From: an uncultured Gammaproteobacteria bacterium
GTDB lineage: Bacteria; Pseudomonadota; Gammaproteobacteria; CAYGKN01
Assembly: GCA_964350565.1 (NCBI GenBank)
Contig: CAYGKN010000002.1
Span: forward strand, 1 to 46,242
Direction of reading: 5' to 3'
Length of the DNA: 46,242 nt
Part shown: piece by piece, positions 25,442 through 34,917 of the stretch
Layout: every line of letters begins with the position of its first letter
How positions within the stretch are numbered: position 1 is the stretch's first letter
Program-made: the position numbers and the translations under genes
Notes under the pieces: generated by a model
Seen by the model: the letters and a program-made list of their open reading frames with translations, nothing else
Database searches by the model: none
What the model was told of the DNA's origin: nothing

Positions 25442-26789
25442 GACCACTCCCATACCACTCTATTGGATCACTCCCACCACACTGCCCTCACTATTGAGCA
25501 ACTTACCCAGCAGTGTCAATACCTGGATTCAATGCCAAGCCTTTTCTGCTCAGGCAGGTCAATGCTGTCTTGCCCCTTCCCCTTCTGGAGAAATACTTGC
25601 GGTGTTGATTGGCGGAGACTTTGATGCGCTATCGCGTGAAGAAATTGCCAAAAGCATTTCTTCTCTACCTGCACATCTGGAATACTGCACCCCAGAATTA
25701 ACAAACGCTCAACAAGAAAGATTGGCTCTATGTTGGGGCCTGTCCACTTATCAATTTTCTGTCTACCGAGAAAACCATACCACAACTCCGATTCTGCATG
25801 CCAAAGAAGCGATTCGTACCGTTTATCCATTCGTGCAAGCTGTGCATTGGGTAAGAGATTGCATCAATGAAACTCCAGAGCAATTATCTCCCAGCACCTT
25901 CATGCAAAAAACCAAAGCATACCTAGATCCTCTAGGTGCTGAGGTGAAAGTTATTGAAGGTGCTACGCTAGAAAACGATTATCCACTGGTCCATGCTGTG
26001 GGTCGCAGCAGTCGTCATGAACCGTTGGTGTTAGACATCACTTGGGGAGAGCGTAATGGCAAAAAACTCACTTTGGTGGGAAAAGGGGTATGCTTTGACA
26101 GTGGTGGTTATAATCTCAAGCCAGGCAATAGCATGTTGAATATGAAAAAAGACATGGGAGGGGCCGCTCATGTCGCTTCTCTTGGGGCCTTGATCATGCA
26201 AGCCGCACTTCCGACTCGATTGCGTATTCTGATTCCGCTGGTCGAAAATTTAATTTCGGAATCTGCTTATAAACCTGGTGATGTATTGCGTGCTCGCAAT
26301 GGAAATACCATTGAGATCACGAACACGGATGCTGAAGGACGATTGATTTTAGCCGATGCCTTAACTGCTGCCACCGAAGAATCCCCTGAGTTGATCATCG
26401 ATATGGCCACACTAACGGGTGCTGCCAGAGTCGCTCTTGGGGCCGAAGTACCTGCGTATTTCACAGCAGATGATCAGTTGGCAACTGCCCTGGAGCAAGC
26501 CGCAACGCATCAAGAAGAAACCCTATGGCGCCTGCCACTTTATCAAAATTATCAGAATAAACTCAAAAGCCATATTGCTGATTTCACCAATGCCAGCAAA
26601 GATGGCGAAGCCGGTGCCATCACTGCTGCATTATTCTTACAAAAATTTGTAAACCATCTCCCTTGGATTCACGTGGATGTCATGGCTTGGTGTGCAAATG
26701 GCTCTGCACTATGCCCCGTCCCTGGCGGAGAAGCCCAAGGATTGATGGGGCTTTATGAATTTGTGAAGCGTTGGATCAAGCAGGGGTAA
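25440..26789 (+). CDS. M17-family leucyl aminopeptidase-like protein, 449 aa
   Basis: M17 signature NTDAEGRLILADAL, plus the metal-ligand contexts VGKGVCFDSGGYNLKP and MKKDMGGAA. Confidence 0.88.
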   Translation: MTTPIPLYWITPTTLPSLLSNLPSSVNTWIQCQAFSAQAGQCCLAPSPSGEILAVLIGGDFDALSREEIAKSISSLPAHLEYCTPELTNAQQERLALCWGLSTYQFSVYRENHTTTPILHAKEAIRTVYPFVQAVHWVRDCINETPEQLSPSTFMQKTKAYLDPLGAEVKVIEGATLENDYPLVHAVGRSSRHEPLVLDITWGERNGKKLTLVGKGVCFDSGGYNLKPGNSMLNMKKDMGGAAHVASLGALIMQAALPTRLRILIPLVENLISESAYKPGDVLRARNGNTIEITNTDAEGRLILADALTAATEESPELIIDMATLTGAARVALGAEVPAYFTADDQLATALEQAATHQEETLWRLPLYQNYQNKLKSHIADFTNASKDGEAGAITAALFLQKFVNHLPWIHVDVMAWCANGSALCPVPGGEAQGLMGLYEFVKRWIKQG

Positions 26790-27165
26790 ACTGAGAAAGC
26801 AACCGTGTTAACTGATCAGTTTTACGAACAAAATCGATATTTTGCATCAACAAAGGAACAATAGCAGCTTGAGATTGTTTGAAAAAACTAGCAGGTGCCT
26901 TGTGAATGAACCAGCCCATCAATTCCTCACAAAGCAATAAATTTAAATCTTTGTTCTGATGCTGAGTCAGAATATTTTTTTGAGACTCCAGCAGACGCTC
27001 TGCCAAATTTGGATACACCACACCGGCATCCGTTAGACCCCTCTGGCAAGTTAATAATACCTGTATTAAGTGATTATAGGCGTCCACCAAGCGCTGCTGA
27101 TTTGGATCAGCCGTATGAAGGGGCAAATGCCCTAACTCATTATTTTTGTTGATGTCTTCAGTCAT
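26776..27165 (-). CDS. Hypothetical small helical protein (129 aa from ATG 27165; 138 aa from ATG 27192)
   Basis: An ORF with no recognisable motif. It overlaps the 3' end of the aminopeptidase gene by 14 nt, in convergent orientation. Confidence 0.5.
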   Translation of the reverse strand: MTEDINKNNELGHLPLHTADPNQQRLVDAYNHLIQVLLTCQRGLTDAGVVYPNLAERLLESQKNILTQHQNKDLNLLLCEELMGWFIHKAPASFFKQSQAAIVPLLMQNIDFVRKTDQLTRLLSQFTPA

Positions 27166-27227
27166 GCTCTCGACTCCTGGTTTCAAGATCATACTACAGA
27201 AGTCATCTTAAAGAAAACTGAAGAGAG

Positions 27228-27385
27228 CCTGTCATTCCCGCGACACCCTGTCATTCCCGCGACACCCTGTCATTCCCGCGAAAGCGGGAATCTAACCTAA
27301 ACAAAGACCCCCGCTTTCGCGGGGGTGACAAAGTACGCAAAGTACGCGGGGGTGACAAAGTACGCAAAGTACACGGGGGTGACAA
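27228..27385. repeat. Composite repeat: 19-bp tandem (about 2.8 copies), GC-rich hairpin 1, hairpin 2, then 27-bp tandem (about 2.4 copies)
   Basis: cctgtcattcccgcgacac occurs at 27228-27246 and 27247-27265, and a third copy runs into hairpin 1. Hairpin 1 is attcccgc-GAAA-gcgggaat (27272-27291). Hairpin 2 is cccccgc-TTTC-gcggggg (27308-27325). gggggtgacaaagtacgcaaagtacRc occurs at 27321-27347 and 27348-27374, with a partial copy to 27385. All read directly from the sequence. Confidence 0.9.
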
Positions 27386-27409
27386 ACCCAACAATAACAG
27401 GTATCCTGA

Positions 27410-27415
27410 GATAAT
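27410..27415 (+). promoter_or_regulatory. Candidate extended -10 element (TGaGATAAT) upstream of ivd
   Basis: ccTGaGATAAT lies about 23 nt upstream of the ATG at 27438. The -35 region is poor (cccaac). Confidence 0.2.
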
Positions 27416-27437
27416 ACTTTGAATCGTCAGGATGGCA

Positions 27438-28598
27438 ATGGTATTAAACTCTCTTCCCCCCTTCTGTGATGACATGCATCGAGCGCTTTATCAAAGCATT
27501 TGTGATTTTGCTTCTCAAGAAATTGCGCCGCTCGCGAGAGACATCGATCACAGCAATACGTTTCCCCGTCAACTCTGGAAACCCTTAGGTGATCTCGGGC
27601 TGTTGGGCATTACCGCCTCTTCTGATTATGGCGGTTCAGGTTTGGGGTATTTGGCCCATGTCATGGCCATGGAAGCCATTTCTAAAGCCAGTGGCAGTGT
27701 GGGATTAAGCTATGGTGCACACTCCAATCTCTGTGTGAATCAATTAGAGCGCCACGGCAACTCTGCTCAAAAGGCCCGTTATTTGCCTAAACTCATTTCC
27801 GGAGAGCATGTGGGTGCGCTAGCGATGAGTGAGCCCGGCTCTGGATCTGATGTGGTCAGCATGCGCACCACGGCCACGCCCAAAGATCAAGGGTTCGTGC
27901 TCAATGGAAATAAAATGTGGATCACCAATGGGCCTGATGCGGACACGCTCATCATCTATGCGAAAACGGCTCCCAATCAAAAACAACACGGGATCACCGC
28001 CTTTATTCTAGCAGCTGGAACACCTGGTTTTCATACCGCTCAGAAGCTCGATAAGCTGGGCATGCGTGGCTCTAATACCTGTGAATTGGTCTTTGAAAAT
28101 TGCTTTATTCCTGCAGAGAATGTACTGGGTGAAGTGAATAAAGGGGTGGGAGTGCTCATGAGTGGCCTCGATTTTGAACGCTTAGTCCTTGCTGCAGGCC
28201 CTGTCGGACTCATGCAGGCAGCCTTTGAAGTTGTGCTGCCTTATGTGCGAGAACGAGAACAATTTGGCAAACCTATTGGAGAATTCCAACTCATGCAAGG
28301 TAAGTTAGCGGATATGTACACCGCCTACTCCACAACGCGTGCCCTCCTCTATCAAACGGCTTATGCCGCTGATCGAGGTCAACTCTCGCGCGCTGATGCA
28401 GCAGCTGTGATTCTTGATGCTGCTGAAAAAGCCACTTGGCTCACAGGACAAGCCATACAATGCTTAGGTGGGAATGGTTATATTGAAGAATACCCCGTTG
28501 CACGCCTGTGGCGCGATGCCAAACTGTATGAAATCGGTGCGGGCACCAGTGAAATTCGTCGCATGCTTATTGGTCGAGAATTGTTTTTACATTCATAG
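27438..28598 (+). CDS. ivd: Isovaleryl-CoA dehydrogenase, 386 aa
   Basis: Acyl-CoA dehydrogenase motifs ([33 protein letters not shown]) with IVD-like sequence throughout, plus the adjacent MCCase genes. I preferred the ATG at 27438 (AGGA 5 nt upstream) over 27432. Confidence 0.88.
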   Translation: MVLNSLPPFCDDMHRALYQSICDFASQEIAPLARDIDHSNTFPRQLWKPLGDLGLLGITASSDYGGSGLGYLAHVMAMEAISKASGSVGLSYGAHSNLCVNQLERHGNSAQKARYLPKLISGEHVGALAMSEPGSGSDVVSMRTTATPKDQGFVLNGNKMWITNGPDADTLIIYAKTAPNQKQHGITAFILAAGTPGFHTAQKLDKLGMRGSNTCELVFENCFIPAENVLGEVNKGVGVLMSGLDFERLVLAAGPVGLMQAAFEVVLPYVREREQFGKPIGEFQLMQGKLADMYTAYSTTRALLYQTAYAADRGQLSRADAAAVILDAAEKATWLTGQAIQCLGGNGYIEEYPVARLWRDAKLYEIGAGTSEIRRMLIGRELFLHS

Positions 28599-28608
28599 GA
28601 GAAATATC

Positions 28609-29772
28609 ATGGAGAATATCGTCGTTGTAGATGCCAAACGCACCCCTTGTGGAGCCATGATGGGTCAGCTATCGCCTTGGACTGCCAGCGATCTGGGCAG
28701 TTACTGCCTGCGCAGCCATCGAGAGTTATTGGGCGAGGCAGAGGTGAATGAAGTCTTTTTAGGCTGTGTGCTTCCTGCAGGACAAGGTCAAGCACCGGCA
28801 CGACAAGCCGTGCGAAAAGCAGGATTTCCCGATAGCACACCTGCCACCACCATCAATAAAATGTGCGGCTCTGGTATGAAAAGCGTGATGCTAGCCATGG
28901 ATTTGCTGCGGGCACATCCCGAACACATCTATATCGCCGGTGGAATGGAATCCATGACCCATGCGCCTTATCTGCTACCTAAAGCCCGCTCTGGCTATCG
29001 CCTAGGCCATGGACAATTGCTGGATCACATGTTTTTAGACGGTCTAGAAGATCACTACGAACCTGGAAAACTTATGGGCGTGTTTGCGGATCAAACCGCC
29101 AGAGATCATCAAATCAGCCGACAAGCCCAAGATGAATTCGCCCTCACTTCTCTAGAACGCGCAAAAGCGGCCACCCCACATTTCAAAACAGAAATCGTTT
29201 CTCTTGAACATCAAGGCGTGGTGATTAACACCGACGAACCCCCTTTGCGTGCCAAGCCTGAAAAAATTCCTCAACTCAAGCCCGCATTCTCCAAAGAAGG
29301 CACGGTCACTGCCGCCAATGCTAGCAGCATTGCAGATGGCGCAGCCAGCCTCATCCTCATGACAGAATCTCGCGCGAAAGCCCTGGGATTAAAGCCCCTG
29401 GTCATCCTCTCTGGACATTCCACTGTGGCTCGAGCGCCCAGTGAATTTACCATCGCCCCTTCGTTTGCGATTGAAGCACTTTGTAAACGTCTGGATTGGT
29501 CAATGGACAGCATTGATGCCTTTGAAATCAATGAAGCATTTGCAGTGGTCACCTTGGCCGCCATGCATCAATTGAAGCTGGATCAGCACAAAGTCAATCG
29601 ACGCGGAGGCGCTTGTGCACTAGGCCATCCCATTGGCGCTTCTGGTGCACGCATTCTAGTCACGCTCATTCATTTGATGCAGCAAGAAGGATTGCATCGA
29701 GGCATTGCCAGTGCTTGTATCGGGGGAGGAGAGGCCACGGCTTTAGCCCTCACACTTTGGAGCGGTTCATGA
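28609..29772 (+). CDS. Acetyl-CoA C-acetyltransferase (thiolase II), 387 aa
   Basis: Active-site contexts [28 protein letters not shown] and [13 protein letters not shown]. The ATG at 28609 is preceded by AGGAG, which overlaps the ivd stop. Confidence 0.9.
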   Translation: MENIVVVDAKRTPCGAMMGQLSPWTASDLGSYCLRSHRELLGEAEVNEVFLGCVLPAGQGQAPARQAVRKAGFPDSTPATTINKMCGSGMKSVMLAMDLLRAHPEHIYIAGGMESMTHAPYLLPKARSGYRLGHGQLLDHMFLDGLEDHYEPGKLMGVFADQTARDHQISRQAQDEFALTSLERAKAATPHFKTEIVSLEHQGVVINTDEPPLRAKPEKIPQLKPAFSKEGTVTAANASSIADGAASLILMTESRAKALGLKPLVILSGHSTVARAPSEFTIAPSFAIEALCKRLDWSMDSIDAFEINEAFAVVTLAAMHQLKLDQHKVNRRGGACALGHPIGASGARILVTLIHLMQQEGLHRGIASACIGGGEATALALTLWSGS

Positions 29773-31355
29773 GTGTCATTCAAAGCCAACTCAAAACCCA
29801 CTCCGAGGAATTTCTAGCCAAAGCTCAATCCATGCGCGAAGTGGTTGCTGATCTGCAGGCCACTTTACAATCGATCATTAATCAAGGAGAAACCTCCAAA
29901 ACGCCTAAATTATCTGTGCGTGAACGACTCTCTTTATTGCTAGATTCCGGCTCTCCTTTTTTAGAACTTTCCGCATTGGCAGGATTCGAATGCTACCCTT
30001 TTGAAACGCCTGCGGCTGGACTCATCACCGGCATCGGTTGGGTGGAACAACGCCCCTGCATGATTGTGGCCAATGATCCCAGTGTCAAAGGAGGCACATA
30101 TTTTCCCTTGACTGTCAAAAAACATTTGCGCGCCCAACGCATTGCCAAAACACTGCGTTTGCCTTGTTTATACTTGGTAGATTCTGGTGGTGCTTATCTA
30201 CCTCTCCAAGATGAAGTCTTTCCAGATAGAGAACATTTCGGGCGCATTTTTTATCACCAAGCTCAACTCTCCAGAGATAACATCGCACAAATTGCAGTGG
30301 TATTGGGTTCTTGTACCGCAGGTGGTGCTTATATACCCGCCATGGCGGATGAAACCATCATGGTTCGCGAACAAGCCACCATCTTTTTAGCCGGCCCTCC
30401 CTTGGTCCAAGCGGCCACTGGGGAAGTCATTTCAGCAGAAGCGCTGGGTGGAGCAGCTTTGCATTGCGAAACTTCTGGAGTGGCCGATCATTTCGCCGAC
30501 ACCGAACAGCATGCCTTGTACTTGGCAAGACGGCGCATTGCCAATTTACATCTTCCTGCACTAGTTAAGTCCGATCGCACACCACAAGCCCCACTCTATC
30601 CCAGTGAAGAATTATACGGCTTGATTGGCGGAGAGTTGTCCAACATCATTCCCGCGCGTGAAATCATTGCGCGCTTGGTCGATGGCTCGCGATTTGATGA
30701 ATTCAAACCGCGCTATGGAACCACACTTATTTGTGGCTTTGCGCATATTGAAGGATACTTGGTCGGCATTTTAGCCAATGAAGGAGTGCTCTTTAGCGAG
30801 TCCGCTCTCAAAGGCACGCATTTTATTGAACTCTGCGCGAAACGACACATTCCTTTATTATTTTTGCAAAACATCACAGGGTTTATGGTGGGGTCTCGTT
30901 ACGAAGCAGAAGGCATTGCCAAACACGGCGCCAAAATGGTGAATGCCGTCTCATGCGCCAATGTGCCTAAATTCACCGTGATTATTGGCGCCAGCTTTGG
31001 AGCAGGCAATTACGGCATGTGTGGCCGCGCTTACGATCCAGCACTTTTGTGGACTTGGCCAAACAGCCGCATTGGCGTGATGGGTGGACAGCAAGCCGCC
31101 TCTGTACTCACTCAAGTCAAAGAGGCTGCGGCAAAACGCGAAGGAAGAACTCTAGATCCAGAAAGCATTGCTAAAATGCAAGAACCGGTACTCGAAGAAT
31201 ATGAACAAAAAAGTCATCCCTACTATGCCTCTGCCAGACTGTGGGATGATGGTGTCATTGATCCGGCGAAAACACGTCGTGCATTGGGACTGGCCTTAAG
31301 TATTGCGGCGAATCTGCCTAAAAAAGACAGTCATTTCGGTATTTTTAGGATGTGA
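29769..31355 (+). CDS. mccB: Methylcrotonyl-CoA carboxylase, carboxyltransferase (beta) subunit, 528 aa
   Basis: Carboxyltransferase-family sequence ([42 protein letters not shown]). ATGA overlap with the thiolase stop. Neighbours are ivd and the biotin subunit. Confidence 0.88.
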   Translation: MSVIQSQLKTHSEEFLAKAQSMREVVADLQATLQSIINQGETSKTPKLSVRERLSLLLDSGSPFLELSALAGFECYPFETPAAGLITGIGWVEQRPCMIVANDPSVKGGTYFPLTVKKHLRAQRIAKTLRLPCLYLVDSGGAYLPLQDEVFPDREHFGRIFYHQAQLSRDNIAQIAVVLGSCTAGGAYIPAMADETIMVREQATIFLAGPPLVQAATGEVISAEALGGAALHCETSGVADHFADTEQHALYLARRRIANLHLPALVKSDRTPQAPLYPSEELYGLIGGELSNIIPAREIIARLVDGSRFDEFKPRYGTTLICGFAHIEGYLVGILANEGVLFSESALKGTHFIELCAKRHIPLLFLQNITGFMVGSRYEAEGIAKHGAKMVNAVSCANVPKFTVIIGASFGAGNYGMCGRAYDPALLWTWPNSRIGVMGGQQAASVLTQVKEAAAKREGRTLDPESIAKMQEPVLEEYEQKSHPYYASARLWDDGVIDPAKTRRALGLALSIAANLPKKDSHFGIFRM

Positions 31356-31356
31356 T

Positions 31357-33270
31357 ATGGCTCGTTTATTGATTGCAAATCGTGGAGAAATCGCCTCTCG
31401 CATTGCTCAAACCACAAAGCGGTTGGGTCATGAGGTTATCGCCATTTATGCCAAAGGCGATCAACACCAACGTGTCATCACACAAGCCGATCGCGCTTAT
31501 CTTCTCGAGGGAGAAGATCTCGCCCAAACATATTTAAATATTCCGTTGTTGATTGAAACAGCGCTGCATGCCGAAGCAACACATGTGCACCCCGGTTACG
31601 GATTCCTTTCAGAAAATGCCGACTTTGCACAAGCGGTAATGGATGCAGGATTGGGTTGGCTAGGCCCTGCCCCAGAGATCATTCGCTTGATGGGCGATAA
31701 AGTCCGTGCCAAACAAACCGCTCAATCGGTGGGCTTGCCCACATTGGGCGCAACACTACCTGCCACTGAGCATTTGAAGGAAGCACTCGAACAAGCACAG
31801 TCTTTGGGATACCCTCTGATCCTCAAACCTACTGGTGGTGGTGGCGGCAAAGGCATGGTGGTGGTATGTGATGAACATACACTCAAACATCATTTTTCCA
31901 GCGCCTGTGAAGTGGCTCAAAAAGCGTTTGGAGAAGGAAAATTATTATTAGAGCGCTATCTCGATAAAGCGCGACATTTAGAAGTTCAAATCATTGCCGA
32001 TCAACACGGCAATGTTCGACATGTCGGTGAGCGGGAATGCACTCTACAACGTCGCTCTCAAAAAGTCATGGAAATTTCTCCAGCGATTAACATCGGTGCA
32101 GAGCTTCGTGAACGATTATATGATGCATCGATTCGACTGGCGCGCGCAGTCAACTATACCCAATTGGGGACAGTCGAGTTTTTACTCGATGAAAAAGGCC
32201 AGGAATATTTTATTGAAATGAACACGCGCATTCAGGTAGAACATCCCGTCACAGAAGCCTGTTTTGGTATCGACTTGGTTGAATGGCAATGGCGGATTGC
32301 GCATGGAGAAACCCTACCTACACAAGATCAATGGATACCAAAGGGTGTAGCTATTCAAGCGCGGATTTGTGCAGAAACCCCCGATCGACAATCCTTACCC
32401 ACCACGGGGAATATTGACATCCTCTCCTGGCCTCTTCATGAGAGAGTCGATCACAATTGCCAGATCCACACCTCTGTGGGATTGGATTACGATTCCTTAT
32501 TGGCAAAACTCATTGTACATCGCACCACGCATGAGCAAGCGCTTCACGCGATGCAAGCAGCACTGCAGCAAGTCTGGATTTGGCCATTGATCACCAATGT
32601 GCCCTACTTACTGCAATTGACCGCACATTCTGGTTGGAGCGATGGATATTGGCACACACGCTTACTGGATAGTTGGCCTGCAGAAGAACCTGTTCCTATC
32701 CCGCAGTTCATTGCATTAGCACTTGCCGCTTATTACCATAGCGCGAGCAAGGATTGGGGTTGGCAACTGCATGGCGATGAACAATTGCTCACACTGCACT
32801 TCCCCACTGAAAGTATTCGTTTGCATGTCACTACACAGGATAACCACTGGCAATGCCGATGGCAGGATGGTGAAGCCACACTGGACTCGTTACACACCAC
32901 TGACATTCAACCTTACCAGCACCATCAATTGCAACTCGATGGCGAACCCATGAGTGGCTGGAGTGCTTGGCAAGATGAGGGACTGGTGTTGTGTTATCGA
33001 GGTAAAAACCTATACTGCGCTAAAGAACTTTTGCCTCCCGCAGCATCCACACATCACGCTCCACAAGGACATTGTGCACAAATGCCTGGAAAAATTGTTG
33101 CGCTGCATGCTCAGCCGGGTGATCACGTCACGGTAGGTCAAGCCATTCTCACTCTGGAAGCGATGAAAATGCAGCAAACCTTACACAGCACACAGGAAGG
33201 TCAGCTGCAATGTGATTATCAAGTTGGCGAAGTCGTGGAAGCAGGAAAAGCACTGTTTGATGTGAGCTAG
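31357..33270 (+). CDS. mccA: Methylcrotonyl-CoA carboxylase, biotin carboxylase/BCCP (alpha) subunit, 637 aa
   Basis: Biotin carboxylase N-terminus MARLLIANRGEIASRI, ATP-grasp GGGGKGM, NTRIQVEHPVTE, and the C-terminal biotinylation motif LEAMKMQ. Confidence 0.9.
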   Translation: MARLLIANRGEIASRIAQTTKRLGHEVIAIYAKGDQHQRVITQADRAYLLEGEDLAQTYLNIPLLIETALHAEATHVHPGYGFLSENADFAQAVMDAGLGWLGPAPEIIRLMGDKVRAKQTAQSVGLPTLGATLPATEHLKEALEQAQSLGYPLILKPTGGGGGKGMVVVCDEHTLKHHFSSACEVAQKAFGEGKLLLERYLDKARHLEVQIIADQHGNVRHVGERECTLQRRSQKVMEISPAINIGAELRERLYDASIRLARAVNYTQLGTVEFLLDEKGQEYFIEMNTRIQVEHPVTEACFGIDLVEWQWRIAHGETLPTQDQWIPKGVAIQARICAETPDRQSLPTTGNIDILSWPLHERVDHNCQIHTSVGLDYDSLLAKLIVHRTTHEQALHAMQAALQQVWIWPLITNVPYLLQLTAHSGWSDGYWHTRLLDSWPAEEPVPIPQFIALALAAYYHSASKDWGWQLHGDEQLLTLHFPTESIRLHVTTQDNHWQCRWQDGEATLDSLHTTDIQPYQHHQLQLDGEPMSGWSAWQDEGLVLCYRGKNLYCAKELLPPAASTHHAPQGHCAQMPGKIVALHAQPGDHVTVGQAILTLEAMKMQQTLHSTQEGQLQCDYQVGEVVEAGKALFDVS

Positions 33271-34250
33271 ACACGCACTGCTTGCTTTGCCCCCATCCCG
33301 GGTACTTCCTCTACCCATCTTGGTACCAAATATCCTGGCAAGGCATTTGAGAGCGCCTCGTACAATCCCTTCGCTGTTGATTGGGGTACCGAAAAATGGG
33401 ACGCTCCAGCGACCCTATCCAATTGATGCAAATAATACGGCAGAATCCCCCCTTGCCATAAACGTTGGCTGAGGCTCACCAATGCCTCGAGATGATCATT
33501 CACTCCGGCCAACAACACACTTTGATTTAAGCAGCATACTCCACATGCTTTTAGCATTTGTGCCATCGCTAAGACTTCCTCATCCAATTCATGGGCATGA
33601 TTGGCGTGATACACCATCACGGTATTTAAACGAGAATATTTAAATAAATCGAGTAACTGTGGGGTGAGACGTTTGGGTAACACCACGGGCAAACGAGAAT
33701 GAATGCGCACTGTGTGCACATGAGGAATCGTTTCCATGAGGGCGTACAAGGCTTTCCAATCTTTATCGTTGCGCACCAACGGATCGCCCCCACTGACAAT
33801 CACTTCATGGATTTGAGTATTTGAACGAATATACGCTGCCCAAGCCTCCCATTCACTGCGGCTCGCTTGTTGTTCTTCATAAGGAAAATGTCGTCGAAAA
33901 CAATAGCGACAATGAATAGCACATTGTCCAGTAAATAATAACAACACACGCCCATGGTATTTGTGCAATAATCCTTTGACAGGAATATAGTCATTCTCTT
34001 GCAAAGGGTTTAGATCAAAACCTGGAACAATGACTTGCTCACTCTCTGAGATCCACACTTGTTTGAGTAAGGGATCCAATGGGTTGCCTTTTTCGATGCG
34101 TTTGAGAAATGAGGGAGTGACTTTTAAAGGGAAGGCGGAATCTATGGGAAGACTTGAAGGAAGTTCGAGATATTCTTGAAGGGCCTGAGGCGTCAGTGAA
34201 AAACGCAATTCTTCTTGCCAGCTCGTCGTTTCAATCAATGGCACCCTCAA
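33267..34250 (-). CDS. epmB: EF-P beta-lysylation protein EpmB (lysine 2,3-aminomutase-like radical SAM), 327 aa
   Basis: Radical-SAM motif CAIHCRYCFRR, and KamA-family sequence (LLHKYHGRVLLL, SGGDPL). Its length matches YjeK-type rather than full-length KamA proteins. Confidence 0.85.
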   Translation of the reverse strand: MRVPLIETTSWQEELRFSLTPQALQEYLELPSSLPIDSAFPLKVTPSFLKRIEKGNPLDPLLKQVWISESEQVIVPGFDLNPLQENDYIPVKGLLHKYHGRVLLLFTGQCAIHCRYCFRRHFPYEEQQASRSEWEAWAAYIRSNTQIHEVIVSGGDPLVRNDKDWKALYALMETIPHVHTVRIHSRLPVVLPKRLTPQLLDLFKYSRLNTVMVYHANHAHELDEEVLAMAQMLKACGVCCLNQSVLLAGVNDHLEALVSLSQRLWQGGILPYYLHQLDRVAGASHFSVPQSTAKGLYEALSNALPGYLVPRWVEEVPGMGAKQAVRV

Positions 34251-34887
34251 GTTTTAGTAACGCCTGTTTGACTTGAACACCTCCAGCATATCCACCCAGT
34301 GTCCCATTTTTTCGAACGATACGATGACAAGGTAGTAGAATGCAAAATGGGTTCTTTGCATTGGCATTCCCTACGGCTCTAAGCGCATGCTTGGCCTGAA
34401 TGAGCTTACCCTGTTCTTCGTAAGTGAGCGTTGTTCCATAAGGAATATTCGACAGTGCCTTCCACGCTCTTTGTTGAAACGAGGTCCCTGCAATATGCAT
34501 TGGCACATCAGTGGTGGGTTTTTTTCCCTGAAAATATTGTGTTAACCACTTCAGCAATAAATCGAGTGGTCTGCAACCTCCATAGGTAAAATCTAAGATG
34601 GTTTTTTGATGATTGACATCCAACATGCGTCGCAAAAAACGATGAAATTCGAAATAAGTAAATGTATATAATCCTTCTTGATCTGCAGATCCCACCATGA
34701 GCCCTACAGGAGTGTTGATCAGCAATAGATAATAGGGCCCATTGGTTGGCTGAAGATTAAAAGGAAAAACCAGTAATTCCGAGGCTTCCTTCTTGGTCAA
34801 CAGACTCACCACCATCGAACACCACTCTAAATCAAAGCATTGTATCGCGTTTGCGTCACAAACAAAAGAGATTTTTTCCCCTTGCAT
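34231..34887 (-). CDS. ogt: Methylated-DNA-protein-cysteine methyltransferase (Ogt-like), 218 aa; start uncertain
   Basis: The C-terminal domain has the active-site PCHRIV and the helix-turn-helix YGTTLTYEE. Starting at 34887 leaves only 30 bp to the divergent SDR gene. An alternative ATG at 34815 gives 194 aa. Confidence 0.8.
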   Translation of the reverse strand: MQGEKISFVCDANAIQCFDLEWCSMVVSLLTKKEASELLVFPFNLQPTNGPYYLLLINTPVGLMVGSADQEGLYTFTYFEFHRFLRRMLDVNHQKTILDFTYGGCRPLDLLLKWLTQYFQGKKPTTDVPMHIAGTSFQQRAWKALSNIPYGTTLTYEEQGKLIQAKHALRAVGNANAKNPFCILLPCHRIVRKNGTLGGYAGGVQVKQALLKLEGAID

Positions 34888-34917
34888 CTTGCAAACATAT
34901 GGGGGTAGGATCGCCCT

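Noticed and set aside
27228-27385. Possible CRISPR array, because of the regularly spaced direct repeats
   Set aside because: The units are directly adjacent, with no unique spacers. There are only 2-3 copies, the two arrays differ in sequence, and no cas genes are in the window.
27251-27475. 74-aa minus-strand ORF (…SPPRTLRTLSPPRKRGSLFRLDSRFRGNDRVSRE)
   Set aside because: It is generated entirely by translating the tandem repeats and the GC-rich hairpins. Its periodic peptide mirrors the DNA repeat, and it runs into the ivd start region.
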